From the NCBI RefSeq assembly GCF_006345805.1, contig NC_043012.1, forward strand, positions 41,664,001 to 41,728,000: a stretch of 64,000 nucleotides of DNA, read 5' to 3'. Within the stretch, counting starts at the first letter, position 1; each line of letters starts with the position of its first letter. Below are positions 1 through 12,595 of the stretch, one piece after another. Both the position numbers and the translations under genes were made by a program. The notes under the pieces were generated by a model. It was not told where the DNA came from. It did no database searches and saw only the letters and a program-made list of their open reading frames with translations. The DNA comes from Octopus sinensis (lineage: Eukaryota).

Positions 1-1260
1 TTCCAGTCTGATTTGGCTTGGTTTCTACTGTTGGATGCCCTTCCCAACATGAGCCACTCCAGGAGTGTAATGGATACTTTTACGTGCAACCATGACTACA
101 ATTCATGGGTGCCGTTTGCATGGCACCAGTAACGAAAACTCACAGGTGCCATTTACATGGCACTGCCAATGAGAACGATTCCTGGATACCAATTTTCAGG
201 ACTTAATCAATGACCATGACTATGATACACAGATGCCATGAATGACCATGACCTCAATGCATTGGGTGTTATTTACATGGCACTAGCATGGCCACAACTA
301 TGATTTTATTTCGCCTGACGAGTCCTCTTACACACAGCATATTGCCAGAGGTCTCAGTCACTTGTCATCATCTCCATGAAGCCCAACATTTGAAGACCAT
401 GCTTCACCACCTCATTCCATGTCTTCCTGGTCTACCTCTTCCACAGGTTCCCTTCACAGTTAGAGATTGGCACTTCTTTACACAGTTGTCCTCATCCAGA
501 TGCATCATATGACCATATAAATGCAGTTGTCTCCCTTGCACATCACATCTGATGCCTCTTATGCCCAGCTTTTCTCTCAAGATGCTTACACTCTGTCATA
601 CATGCACACTGACTTTGCACATCCAGCAAAGCATACTCTGCTTCATTTCTTTCAAGATTACACATGTCCTTGGTAGTCATAGCCTGTGTTTTACTGCCAT
701 GTAGCACAACTGTTCAAACACAGACATCATACAGTCTGCCTTTCACTCTGAGGGAGAGGCCCTTTGGTACCAACAGAGATAGGAACACTCTGAACTTTGC
801 CCATCCTATTGTTATTCTTACAGCTATACTCTCGGAGCATCCACCTCCACTTACCTGCCTGGCATTTGATGGCATCTATTTTCTGTGCATTTGTGGTGTT
901 TATTGTACCCGTACACCTTACACACACAAAAACTATTTTCCAAGTTAACTTCCTCTGATATTGCTGCACCTCTTATGTATCTATAGCTCACACTGGGTAC
1001 ATCTTATTGAGTTTCTACCTATGCCTTTTCTACAGATTGAGCAGGGCTATCTACCTTAGGGGATTTGTGATTTGTCTGCTTTCTGGTGAGAATGTAGTCA
1101 ATCTGGCTTTATAGGTTATCAAGTGACTTGCTGGCTTTCTGATGTTGCAGATCATTAGGTCATTTGTGTGACAGAATTTCAGCAGCTTTATATACTTCTC
1201 ATTTTGGGAACCAATTCCATGTCCCTCATGCACCCCATGGAGGATATCTGGGTGCCGCTT
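1..1260 (-). mobile_element. Degenerate, internally deleted RTE-clade LINE (endonuclease remnant joined to post-RT region and 3' UTR)
   Basis: The reverse complement of ~520-950 matches the C-terminal region of the RTE at 4000-4700 (gtcagtgtgcat...gagagaaaag). ORF 1051..1329 has APE-type HGIGSQN...LLKFCHTNDLMICN. Bases 1-60 match the RTE 3' UTR. Confidence 0.75.
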
Positions 1261-1286
1261 ATGTGTGTGTATATATATATATATAT

Positions 1287-1562
1287 TGGTAAAAACGGTA
1301 AGATAACAAAAGAAAGAAAGAGACCTCAATATTATGTAAATAGAGGAAATTTATCTGTAAAATAATATGTGACAATTATTCAATAGCCAAGATAAAACTC
1401 TGAGTTTCGGATGCAGAGGTGGAAATCCACACCACCATCTCTTCGGTTATCTGGAGATGGCCAGATAACCGAAGAGATGGTGGTGTGGATTTCCACCTCG
1501 GCATCCGAAACTCAGAGTTTTATCTTGGCTACCGAATAATTGTCACATATTATTTTACAGAT
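1287..1562. mobile_element. Fold-back Penelope-like terminal (pLTR) fragment in (TA)n
   Basis: Arms ~1353-1454 and ~1461-1562 are near-perfect reverse complements. Flanked by TA tracts. Same family as 9840-10185. Confidence 0.65.
1461..1528 (+). ncRNA. Type I hammerhead ribozyme motif, variant core (CCGAAGA); mirrored copy on the - strand in the left arm
   Basis: ccagataa-CCGAAGA-gatg...catcc-GAAA-ctcagag-TT-ttatcttgg; stems I, II and III pair. Confidence 0.5.
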
Positions 1563-2356
1563 ATATATATATACACACACACACACACACGCGTGTGCGC
1601 AAACATGGCTACATGGTTAAGAATCTTGCTTCCTAAACATGTGGTCTTATCTAGGGTTCAGTCCCACTGTGCAGCACCTTGAGCAAGTATCTCTTATTAT
1701 AGCTAAACCCTTGTGAATGGATTTGATATATGGAAACTGAAAGTAGCCTGCTGTATATATGTATGTATTTGTGTATGTGACATCATGTGATGGTTGTGAA
1801 CCAACGTCTATAAAACATATGCCTGGCCATGGGTAAACATCATGCTAGAAAACAAGTGAGTGTTGATAACAGGAAAGGTATCGAGCCATAGAAAATCTGC
1901 CCCAACAAATTCTGTCTAACCAATGCAAGCATGGAAAAGTGGACATTAAATGACAATGAAGATGCTAATGATGGGATAAATATATATATATTATCATCGT
2001 GTCATTGTCATTTAATGTCCACTTTCCATGCTGGCATGGGTTGGATGGTTTGACTGGAACTGGTAAGCTGGAGAGCTGTACCAGGCTCCAGTTTGGTTTT
2101 GACTTGGCTTCTATGCCCTTCCTAACATCCAACCACTCCAAGCAGGATAATGTTTACTCATGGCCAGGCATGAAAAATATCACACATATATACAGCAGGC
2201 TTCTATCAGTTTCCATACATCAAATCCACTCACAAGGGTTTGGCTATAGCAGGGGACACTTGCTCAAGGTGCTACTCAGTGAGACTGAACACTAGACAAG
2301 ACCACATGTTTGGGAAGCAAGCCTCTTAAACATATAGCCATGTTTGTTTGTGTGTG

Positions 2357-2387
<31 letters not shown>

Positions 2388-3145
2388 GCGTGTGCGCAAA
2401 CATGGCTACATGGTTAAGAATCTTGCTTCCTAAACGTGTGGTCTTATCTAGGGTTCAGTCCCACTGTGCAGCACCTTGAGCAAGTATCTCTTATTATAGC
2501 TAAACCCTTGTGAATGGATTTGATATATGGAAACTGAAAGTAGCCTGCTGTATATATGTATGTATTTGTGTATGTGACATCATGTGATGGTTGTGAACCA
2601 ACGTCTATAAAACATATGCCTGGCCATGGGTAAACATCATGCTAGAAAACAAGTGAGTGTTGATAACAGGAAAGGTATCGAGCCATAGAAAATCTGCCCC
2701 AACAAATTCTGTCTAACCAATGCAAGCATGGAAAAGTGGACATTAAATGACAATGAAGATGCTAATGATGGGATAAATATATATATATTATCATCGTGTC
2801 ATTGTCATTTAATGTCCACTTTCCATGCTGGCATGGGTTGGATGGTTTGACTGGAACTGGTAAGCTGGAGAGCTGTACCAGGCTCCAGTTTGGTTTTGGC
2901 TTGGCTTCTATGCCCTTCCTAACATCCAACCATTCCAAGCAGGATAATGTTAACTCATGGCCTGGCATGAAAAATGTCACACATATATACAGCAGGCTTC
3001 TATCAGTTTCCATACATCAAATCCACTCACAAGGGTTTGGCTATAGCAGGGGACACTTGCTCAAGGTGCTACTCAGTGAGACTGAACACTAGACAAGACC
3101 ACATGTTTGGGAAGCAAGCCTCTTAAACATATAGCCATGTTTGTT

Positions 3146-3150
<5 letters not shown>
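1560..3150. repeat. ~797-bp near-identical tandem duplication containing SINE fragments
   Basis: ORFs 1999..2295 and 2796..3092 are almost identical and offset by 797 bp. The sequence matches throughout with few substitutions. Confidence 0.9.
1605..1970 (+). mobile_element. tRNA-head SINE with RTE-derived 3' tail (second copy ~2401-2765)
   Basis: A-box-like tggctacatggtt and B-box gggttcagtcc. The tail (aggaaaggtatc...gcatggaaaagtggacattaaatgac) resembles the RTE 3' end at 5155-5285. Confidence 0.65.
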
Positions 3151-3187
<37 letters not shown>

Positions 3188-3189
<2 letters not shown>

Positions 3190-5297
3190 GTAGATAAAGC
3201 AATTAAGAGTATGAAGACAGTGAAAGCCCTTGCCCATCAGAAACCACTGCAGAGATGCTCAAAATATCTGGCAGTGTCTGCTATAGCCTGGTCGTCCGTA
3301 TTATTAACCAGGTGATACACAAAGGAGTCATACCCAATGACTGGTGTAGCAGCATAATAGTCAACTACTACAAAGGAAAAGGTGACGCTTTAGATACAAA
3401 TAATTACAGAGGTATCAAGTTGTTAGATCAGGTAATGAAGGTCACGGAGAGGGTCATAGCCCAACTAATTAGGGAGAGAGTCAGTATAGATGAGATGCAG
3501 TTTGGTTTCGTGCCAGGGAAAAGCACCACTGATGCTATATTTCTAGTAAGACAGCTGCAGGAGAAATACCTAGCCAAAGATAAGCCTCTGTACCTGGCTT
3601 TCGTTGACATGGAGAAAGCCTTTGACAGGGTCTCCCGATCCCTTATCTGGTGGTCAATGAGGAAACTAGGGATAGATGAATGGTTAGTGAGAGCTATGCG
3701 AGCCATGTATAGGGATGCTGTCAGTAAGGTGAGGATTGGCATTGAGTACAATGAAGAATTCCAGGTAGAGGTAGGGGCCCACCAAGGTTCAGTCCTCAGC
3801 CCCCTCCTATTTATCATAGTCCTCCAGGCAATAACAGAGGAATTCAAGACAGGCTGCCCATGGGAGCTCCTCTATGCTGATGACCTTGCTCTAATTGCTG
3901 TGTCATTATCAGAACTAGAGAAGTTTCAGGTATAGAAGCAAGGATTAGAATCGAAGGGCTTTAGAGTCAACCTAGCTAAAGCAAAAGTCCTAATAAGTAA
4001 GAAGGCAGACAAACCACAAATCCCTTCAGGTAGATAGCCCTGCTCGATCTGTAGAAAAGGTGTAGGTAGAAACTCTATAAGATGTACCCAGTGTAAGCTT
4101 TGGATACATAATGGGTGCAGCAATATCAAAGGAAGGCTAACTAGGAAGATAATTTTTGTATATGGCAGATGCTCAGGAGCAATAAACACTGAAAATGTGC
4201 AGGGAACAACTGCCAGATTCCAGGGAGAAAAACTAGTAGTAGTTGATAGCTTCCATTACCTAGGTGACCAAGTCAGTAACGGGAGTAGGTGCTCTGAAAG
4301 TGTAGCTGTTAGAATAAGAACAGCCTGGGCTAAGTTCAGAGAGCTCCTACCTCTGCTGGTGACAAAGGGCTTCTCGCTCAGAGTAAAAGATAGACTGTAT
4401 GACGCATGTGTACGAACAGCCATGCTACATGGCAGTGAAACATGGGCTGTGACTGCTGAGGATATGCGTAAGCTCGCAAGGAATGAAGCCAGTATGATCC
4501 AATGGATGTGTAATGTCAGTGTGCATACTCGACAGAATGTAAGTACCTTGAGAGAAAAGTTGGACCTAAGAAGCATTAGATGTAGTGTGCAAGAGAGACG
4601 ACTGCGTTGGTATGGTCATGTGGTGTGAAAGGATGAGGACAGCTGTGTGAAAAAGTGTCACACCCTAGCGGTTGAGAGAGACTGTGGAAGAGGCAGACCC
4701 AGGAAGACCTCGAACATTAGGCCTCAGTGAGGCAATGACTAGTGACCGAGGCCTTTGGAAATATGCTGTGCTGGAGAAGACCCGGCAAGCCAAGTGAGAC
4801 CATAACCCGTAGCCTATGCCAGTAGTGTAACCAGCCCACTTAGGCGTACCTTTCTTTCATTGGACACTAAACTCTGCTTGCGAAGACCTGTTGAGACAAG
4901 TGAAATCGAAATCAAATTCAATGACGGCACCATCCAAGTGTGATCATTACCAGCATTGCCTTACCGGCATTTGTGCTGGTGGTACGTGAAAAACAACATT
5001 TGAGCGAGGGTGTTGCCTGTGCCTTTCGACTGGCTCCTGTGCAGGTGACACGTAAAAAGCACCATTTGAGTGTGGCTGTTGCCAGTACCACCTGACTGGC
5101 CTTTGTGTCGGTGGCATGTAAAAGCATCCACTACACTCTCGGAGTGGTTGGCCTTAGGAAGGGCATCCAGCTGTAGAAACTCTGCCAGATCAGATTGGAG
5201 CCTGGAGCAGCCATCTGGCTCACCAGTTCCCAGTCAAACTGTCCAACCCATGCCAGCATGGAAAGCGGACATTAAACGATGATGATGATGATGATGA

Positions 5298-5300
<3 letters not shown>
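3188..5300 (+). mobile_element. 5'-truncated RTE-clade LINE, RT pseudogene
   Basis: ORF 3255..3935 has NYRGIKLL, QFGF.PGKST.DAIF, FVDMEKAFD, QGSVLSP, YADD. A Cys-rich segment follows (CSICRK...CTQCKLWIH..C), then ORF 4197..4628 (RRLRWYGHV). Ends in a (GAT)n tail. Confidence 0.9.
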
Positions 5301-5358
<58 letters not shown>

Positions 5359-6569
5359 GGGGGACATTAATGGCAGAGTATTAGTACAGAAGCGAAAAAT
5401 TATGTGACATGGAATTCAACTATAAGTGGCCTATACTCTGCATTGGAGTGTTAAAGGCAGGAAAAAATATACATCTCTTATGATAAAAGGCAGATTTTCT
5501 CTGCCTCCCAAATAGTTTGTTTTTTATACAATTGTACAATATAGAATTTCTTCAATTGGAATTTACCTATGATTTTTCGAAGTAGATGTAAAGTTTTTTC
5601 AATTTCACCCCCAATGAAGCAAAAATTCGAGAAAACTCAATATTTTACGATTTCCCTCTCTCATTTCAAGTGCTTCACTCCTTCCATTACCACCACACTT
5701 TCTCCTACTTTCTCTTTGCAAGTGTGCAACAATTAAAGTGAAAGTATTTATATAACAGGGGTGAGCCATTAATACTGGTCATCCTTTTTGCTAGAGGAAG
5801 ATCCGCTATGGTCTTATATGCTATATCACTGGTTTTCAATTCATATTAATCAAATTAATATTCAATTTTTCACCCTTATTATGTGTGTGTGTGTATTAGC
5901 AATTCGTATAAAATTGCATCTATGACTTGAACTTGAATAAGTGGTTTCACATAAATGGGGATAAATTAAAAAGGTTTGTTGTTATTATTATTACTGTTTG
6001 ACTATTGTAATCACGTTTGTTGGTTCCTCGTCAGGGAAACGTTGTTGTGTTGCAGTTGTTAAAGAATTGTAAACCGTAACCCTCCCCCTTTCGGTATTGT
6101 TTAAAAATTGAATTGTGTGCCTGTTTGGGGATATTGACAATATTTTCACCGTCTTTACGGAAGCATTTTTGTTAAAATGCCTTCGATAGAAGAAAGTTAA
6201 AAAATGAATTTCGCTGCAGCCGTACACTTCAATACAAGAGGGAGGACAAGATCCAATTGATCGAAATTGCGAGAGACAGGCCTACAATTCCAGTCTGTTA
6301 TATATTTTGAGTATTGTTATCACTAGCGATATCAAGATATAACTTTGTATTTTCTATTTTATGTGTAGATGTATATATATATATGTACATGTAATATGTA
6401 CACATATATATATACACATATATACATGCATAATATATCTACCCATACACACATACGCACACACACACACACACATACATAGGGGTAGGTGTGGCTGTGT
6501 GGTAACAAACTACGTTCCAAACACATGGTCCTGGGTTCAGTCCCACTGTGTGGTGACTTGGCATGTGTA

Positions 6570-8841
6570 GGCACAAACACTCTGTCTTCATATTTGCTGC
6601 GTGAGACATGTTTTAATGTTGACGAGCTTGCCGAGTACATAGCCGACAATGAGCCAAAGCTCTTTCCAGAACAGAAGTTCGCTTACAATTCCGTTGTTAA
6701 TTCAGTCCGGGCCAAAGTTGGGGGGGGGGATTTTTTTCCTGGACGCTCCTGGGGGCACTGGGAAAACTTTTGTCAACAAATTAATATTGGCTGAGATTAG
6801 GCGAACACAAGTCATCTGGAATTGCGGATACTTTGTTGCCAGGCGGCAAGACAGCTCACTCCACTTTCAAGCTTCCGCTTGACTTAGCGAAGACTGAGAC
6901 ACCAACTTGCAACATCAGTAACAGCTCCGATCAGGCAGAAGTCTTCAGACGATGCAAGCTTATCGTTTGGGATGAATGCACGATGGCCCACAGACGTGCT
7001 CTTGAGGCACTAGATAGATCTCTCAGGGACATCAAACACTCTTCAGCTCCCATGGAAGGCATAACACTTCTTCTTTCAGGGGACTTCCGACAAACACTTC
7101 CCGTTATTCCCAAAGGGACTACAGCTGATGCAGTATGTGCGTGTCTTAAGTCATCCACATTGTGGCTACTGGTGAAGACTCTCAAACTTCACACCAATAT
7201 TCATGCTCATATGCGACGTGATATCACATCAAGCAGCATTTTCTCACACCTTCCTTGCACTTGGCGAAGGCAAAATACCAGGGGATGAAATGGTAATATT
7301 GCCATCGATTCCATTTGTACCATTCTTAAAACGCCGTCTGATCTCAGAGATGCAGATCTACAAGCTAATTATCAGAATATGGATTGGATTGGCCAAAGGG
7401 CTATTCTGGCCCCGAGGAATAAAACTGTTCACCATATTAATGATGAAATGCTAAAACTCATTCCTGGGGATGTCTATGTATATAAGTCTATCGATACAAC
7501 TCCTGACCCAGAGGACGTCATCAACTATCCAATAGAGGTACTCAATTCCTTTGAGCCCCTCGGACTACCACTACACATTCTCAAACTTAAAGTTGGTGCC
7601 CCTATAATGCTCATTAGAAATTTGGTTCCCCCAAAACAATGCAGTGGCACACGTTTCATCGTTAAGTCTTTATCTCCCAATCTGATTGAGGCCACCATTA
7701 TCACAGGGTGCGGTCGAGGCAACGTTGTGCTCATACCTAGGATGCATCTTTTCCCATCAGGAGCAGACCTACCTTTCATATTTCGGAGGTCCCAGTTCCC
7801 AGTAAGGCCATGTTTCGCAATGTCAATTAACAAAGCGCAGGGTCAAACACTGTCTGTGGCGGGAATACATTTGGGAGAGCCATATTTCTCTCATGGTCAG
7901 CTTTATGTTGCCTGCTCGCGTGTCGGCAGCAACAGTGATGCTTTCGCATTCGTTCCACAACGAAAAACAAAAAAACATTGTGTACAAGGAGGTTTTATAG
8001 GATTACTACGTTTCATCATTTTCGAACACGTTAGTATTTCACTTACATACGACTCTCTTTTATGATGGCATTTACATTTTTAGGCGTTTCATGATATTAA
8101 TTCACACTTAACCAACACCTGTCCTTCGCTCACCTCTATTTCTATCCATTCATCATCAAACCACCAGCCTCATCTTCTATATCCAACGCACATGACACAT
8201 CTACCCCCTACATCTACATTCTCACTGTTAAAGTTTACACAAGCGACAACACGATCGCAACATACACTTTGGAAACTAAGCAACAGATCATTTTATACAA
8301 CAACAAATTTAATCATAACGCCTATCAATGAAAACATCTCCACCACTGTGTTGTGATTCATCTATTCAGCACCACTACAGTCTTGCCGGTCTGACATATG
8401 GTGAGTAGATGCTATTGTTCTATATTTTATAAATTACCCATATTTACTTACCCATGCTTCATTCCCTTCTTGCCTACATAGGGCTTCCATTCTCTTCTAA
8501 CACAGCATGAAGTTTTGTAACAGCACATCCGCTGCCGTTCGTGGAAAACGAGGAGACCCTATTCACCTGCGAACGTTTTACACCGCCTTCCACGACTATC
8601 AAATTCTTACAATTATGAGAACAATAACATGGCTCTTTTCAAGGCAACCTCGCATTCAATTCTTACACCATTCTACGAGGGGTTAGGAACTCCTTTACAC
8701 GGCTTTCTATACACTTACAAATACATTCATTCGCCGTAAATTTATATCAATATTTGCCTGAATAATCATCATAATTCAGTGCAATCATTAACAGTACTTT
8801 CAAGCAATTCAGCCCCGAGCATCGCCGGGCAATTCTGCTAG
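6570..8841 (+). mobile_element. Helitron 3' portion: frameshifted PIF1-family helicase and 3' terminus
   Basis: Motifs FFLDAPGGTGKT, TAHSTFKLP, IVWDE, GDFRQTLPV, AILAPRN, QFPVRPCFAMSINKAQGQT, FSHGQLYVACSRV. 3' hairpin gccccgagcatcgccgggc followed by CTAG (8838-8841) and T. Confidence 0.9.
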
Positions 8842-8937
8842 TATATGTATAAATGTATACACACACACATATAAACAACCCGGCACTCTCATGTGTATGG
8901 ATGCATGCAAATCTTAAAATTTTCCTTATTTATTTAT

Positions 8938-9060
8938 TCATTACCCTGCGCGCGTAAGCGAAAGCAAGGTATTGTAGTCGCTCGTCTTGGTCTGTTTGCC
9001 TAGGATATCCCAGAAACAGTTGTAAGACTGGATTTTTCCAATAATAATAACGTACATGAC
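8938..9060 (+). mobile_element. Possible Helentron/DINE-like non-autonomous 5' end
   Basis: T-rich start followed by the short inverted repeat accctgc...gcaaggt, resembling the DINE-type layout. Confidence 0.3.
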
Positions 9061-9257
9061 TTGAGATGTTTGTCTTGCCTTAACGTTTGTCGTCCTCTTT
9101 AACAATTATATATCCGCTGTATCGGAAATCTACAATGGCTCCATAACTATCGTCTCGGCTATAACCTTTGAACCCTGGTAATCCTTTACAGCACTTACCT
9201 AGCGTACCTAGTCGTTTAGATCACCTGTGAACTAAACATCCATACTCTGTGTTTGTA

Positions 9258-9400
<143 letters not shown>

Positions 9401-9417
9401 TTTTATTTTTTATTTTT

Positions 9418-9805
9418 TTGTCTCGTGAAAGTTTCAAAAAAAGGTGGGTGAATGTAGCAAAGATGGTGCGTGCGAGCGACGAAACCACTTTGAGCATGAT
9501 CCTGTAAATAGAAAAAAGAGAGAAAGAGTACTTTGCTCTCATGTGTTTTTCTCCCTGCCTGAGGTTACCGTGGTCTTTTCCGTAGGCTTTTCTTTCCACG
9601 GATAAGCCTAATTTTGCTTCTTATATTTAAAAAATTTCTTCTGTGATACACGATCCCTTTTGATCGCCTTTTTTTCCCCGACCCTTTTGATCGGAATTTT
9701 ACTTCTTTTTCTCCTTTTTCCCCCCTTTTTCATTTTCGACAAGAAGAGCTCTACCTTTGTATTTGTCCCCTCTGTGTTCAGCCCTGTGTGGCCAATAAAG
9801 AAAGT
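9418..9805 (+). mobile_element. Tx1/L1-like LINE 3' end within a (TCTA)n tract
   Basis: Encodes RWVNVAKMVR, also found in the 47132-48270 element. 3' end ccctgtgtggccaataaag matches that copy. Confidence 0.6.
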
Positions 9806-9839
9806 TATCTATCTACCTATCTATCTATATTAATGGTTT

Positions 9840-10185
9840 GACAACAAAAGAATGAATGAGACTTCGATATTATGTAAATAGAGGAATTTATCTGTAATAT
9901 AATATGTGACAATTATTCGGTTGCTATAATAAAACTCCGATTTTCGGATTTCTATGAGCATTTTTACTTTTTTATTTTCTTCCTTTGGTTTTTTTCCACT
10001 TATTTAACGGTCATTTTGTCTTAATAACGGTCAACTACGTAGTAATTTCCCTTTGTTTAATAGTCATTTTCATAGCATTTTTTTTCTTTCCTCGATAACT
10101 GACGAAATGCCGGAGCAGTTTTCAGCCCCGCCATCCTAAACTCGGAGTTTTATTATGACAACCAAATAATTGTCACGTATTATAG
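9840..10185. mobile_element. Diverged fold-back Penelope-like terminal fragment with decayed hammerhead (10094-10154, +)
   Basis: Homologous to 1287-1562. gataa-CTGACGA...catcc-TAAA-ctcggag-TT-ttat; the arm aatatgtgacaattatt recurs inverted. Confidence 0.55.
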
Positions 10186-10329
10186 TACTGACAGACAGAC
10201 AGACAGACACACAGACACACACACACACACACATATATATATCTAAACTAATACATCAGTTTGTTGTCTACACGACCTGTCTTCGTCTTTTGTGTTTTTG
10301 TAAATTCCAACTATATCTATCCATCTATA

Positions 10330-10333
10330 TAGG

Positions 10334-10366
<33 letters not shown>

Positions 10367-10507
10367 TGTATGTATGTATGTATTATGTATGTATGTATGT
10401 ATGTATGTATGTAGTATGTATGTATGTATGTATGTATGTATGTATATATATATGTATGTATATATGTATATATATGTATATATATGTATATATGTATATA
10501 TATATAA

Positions 10508-10573
<66 letters not shown>

Positions 10574-10673
10574 ATATAGAAGTATATATATATATATATG
10601 TATATATGTATATAGAAGTATATATATATATATATATGTATATGTGTATATATGTATATATGTATATATAGAA

Positions 10674-10715
<42 letters not shown>

Positions 10716-10830
10716 ATATATATATATATGTATATATATAAGTATATATATATGTATATATGTATATATGTATATATATAAGTATATATATATATGTATA
10801 TATGTATATATATATAAGTATATATATTTA
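10330..10830. repeat. (TATG)n/(TA)n compound microsatellite
   Basis: Direct inspection. Confidence 0.95.
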
Positions 10831-11311
10831 TTGAAATGGATAAATGAATTATCTTGTTACGGATTATTCAAAATTTAACCGATACCTGGGTAGCAAAAAT
10901 CACAACAGAAAAAACACGGTTGAGGTTACGACCATGGGGTGTCGCAACCGTGCCTTAGCGCGGATAATTGAAGTTTTATATATTTAGTGAAGGGAAGAAA
11001 TGGAGCTGAACGAAGATTCTACAAAATTCCTTTTTATTATTTTCTACACATGTTTCAAAGGCTGCAAATTTCCAAATTCGGATTGAATAAGGAGACCATT
11101 TTGCAGCTTTCTCTTCAGCATTTGTTTGGTTGCTGCGCATTTGTTTGGAGATTTAAATTCCTGGTTTTCCTGAAGAGAAAGCTGCAAAATGGTCTCCTTA
11201 TTCAATCCGAATTTGGAAATTTGCAGCCTTTGAAACATGTGTAGAAAATAATAAAAAGGAATTTTGTAGAATCTTCGTTCAGCTCCATTTCTTCCCTTCA
11301 CTAAATATATA
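10828..11311. mobile_element. Fold-back Penelope-like pLTR fragment (same family as 32193-33775)
   Basis: Perfect inverted arms ~10978-11119 and 11170-11311 (mirror ORFs 10987..11244 and 11044..11301). 10828-10977 is the reverse complement of a homologue of 33625-33775. Confidence 0.8.
11165..11248 (+). ncRNA. Type I hammerhead ribozyme
   Basis: ttttc-CTGAAGA-gaaagctgcaaa...tttgcagccttt-GAAA-catgtg-TA-gaaaa; all three stems pair. Confidence 0.8.
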
Positions 11312-11336
11312 AGTATATATATATATATATGTATAT

Positions 11337-12020
11337 ATCACAATCAAGGAACGGCCATAATAGGCCATTCACCCACTAGAAATAACAGCCAAAAGCTTCA
11401 ACCGCAAAATAACATCAATTCCGTAAACCAGGAGAAAATTAAAAAACATTTACCCTGTAATTTCTTATACGATGCACCGTTTCATCTACTGTTTAATGGT
11501 AAACTAACCTGATTAAATTAAATCAAGCCAATCTTCCATAGGCCCTTAGAATCATCAGTAAGAAATAGCCAAGTCGGAACAGATATTTTCACGAGGCATT
11601 TCCGTCCCTGCCTCGGCAATATCTGACCTAAAATTTTCAAATCATCGCACTCGCGCCAAATTTATCGGCAGCAAATAAATATAAGCCGCCGATTCCATTA
11701 CGGAATTAACCAGAAAATTCATAATTAATCAATATAGGGTGGCAAAAAATTTTGTAGAATTTTTTTGCCACCAGCGGCCTAGTGGGAAAAAATTAAATAG
11801 TCATAGACCATTTTTAAGTTCAACATCACAATCAAGGAACGGCCATAATAGGCCATTCACCCACTAGAATAACAGCCAAAAGCTTCAACCGCAAAATAAC
11901 ATCATTCCGTAAACCAGGAGAAAATTAAAAAACATTTACCCTGTAATTTCTTATAAGATGCACCGTTTCATCTACTGTTTAATGGTAAACTAACCTGATT
12001 AAATTATTGATTAATTATAT
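11337..12020 (-). repeat. ~488-bp non-coding unit, ~1.4 tandem copies, hammerhead-bearing (retrozyme-like)
   Basis: atcacaatcaaggaacggcc begins at ~11337 and again at ~11825. Flanked by (TA)n. No meaningful ORF. Confidence 0.75.
11460..11566 (-). ncRNA. Type I hammerhead ribozyme with extended stem II
   Basis: Minus strand: atttctta-CTGATGA-ttcta...tagat-GAAA-cggtgcatcg-TA-taagaaat; 8-bp stem I. Confidence 0.8.
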
Positions 12021-12090
12021 ATGTATATATATATATATATACAAGTATATATATATATATATATAATATATATATATATATATTATATAT

Positions 12091-12137
<47 letters not shown>

Positions 12138-12162
12138 TATATACATATATATATAATACTTA

Positions 12163-12194
<32 letters not shown>

Positions 12195-12196
12195 CA

Positions 12197-12590
12197 CAAA
12201 TGCCAGAACTGGGCGCCACTGCGTGGTGCCAAGGACTCCAAATTTGCCATCAAGATGTAGGACAAGATACTGTGATAGCCTGGGCTTCAGAGGCCCACAG
12301 CTCCTCAATATCCTCCCGAAGAACCTGAGGGACCTGCATGGGGTGGATGCGCATGTCTTTAAAGTAGGACTGGATCTCTTCCTGTCAGGTGTCACGGATG
12401 AACCAACTTCACGACAGGAGGTGCAGATGAGGGCAGCTGCATCGAACTCTCTCATGCACAAATGGCAGTTGCTAAAAAGCATTCGTGAAGTAAAATCATG
12501 TAGCAACACCAAATGGCGGTGCCCCAGCATGGCCACAGCTCGTGAGCGGATACTAGATAAAATAAAATAAATAAATAAAAATAAAATAAA
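12197..12590 (+). mobile_element. CR1/L2-like LINE 3' fragment
   Basis: ORF 12223..12570 (SLGFRGPQLLNILPKNLRDL...FKVGLDLFLSGVTDEP) resembles a CR1-group C-terminus. (TAAA)n tail. Homologous to 51240-51510. Confidence 0.6.
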
Positions 12591-12595
12591 AAAAT

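Noticed and set aside
6570-8065. Host PIF1 gene
   Set aside because: Intronless, frameshifted and followed by a Helitron hairpin-CTAG terminus.
10170-10781. Long ORFs rich in YI/VC/HT/IYLS (also at 14 kb, 29 kb, 36 kb, 41 kb, 43 kb and 57-58 kb)
   Set aside because: Translations of microsatellites, not genes.
10987-11301. Paired antisense 85-aa ORFs (also 32297..32509 and 33307..33552)
   Set aside because: By-product of the inverted repeats.
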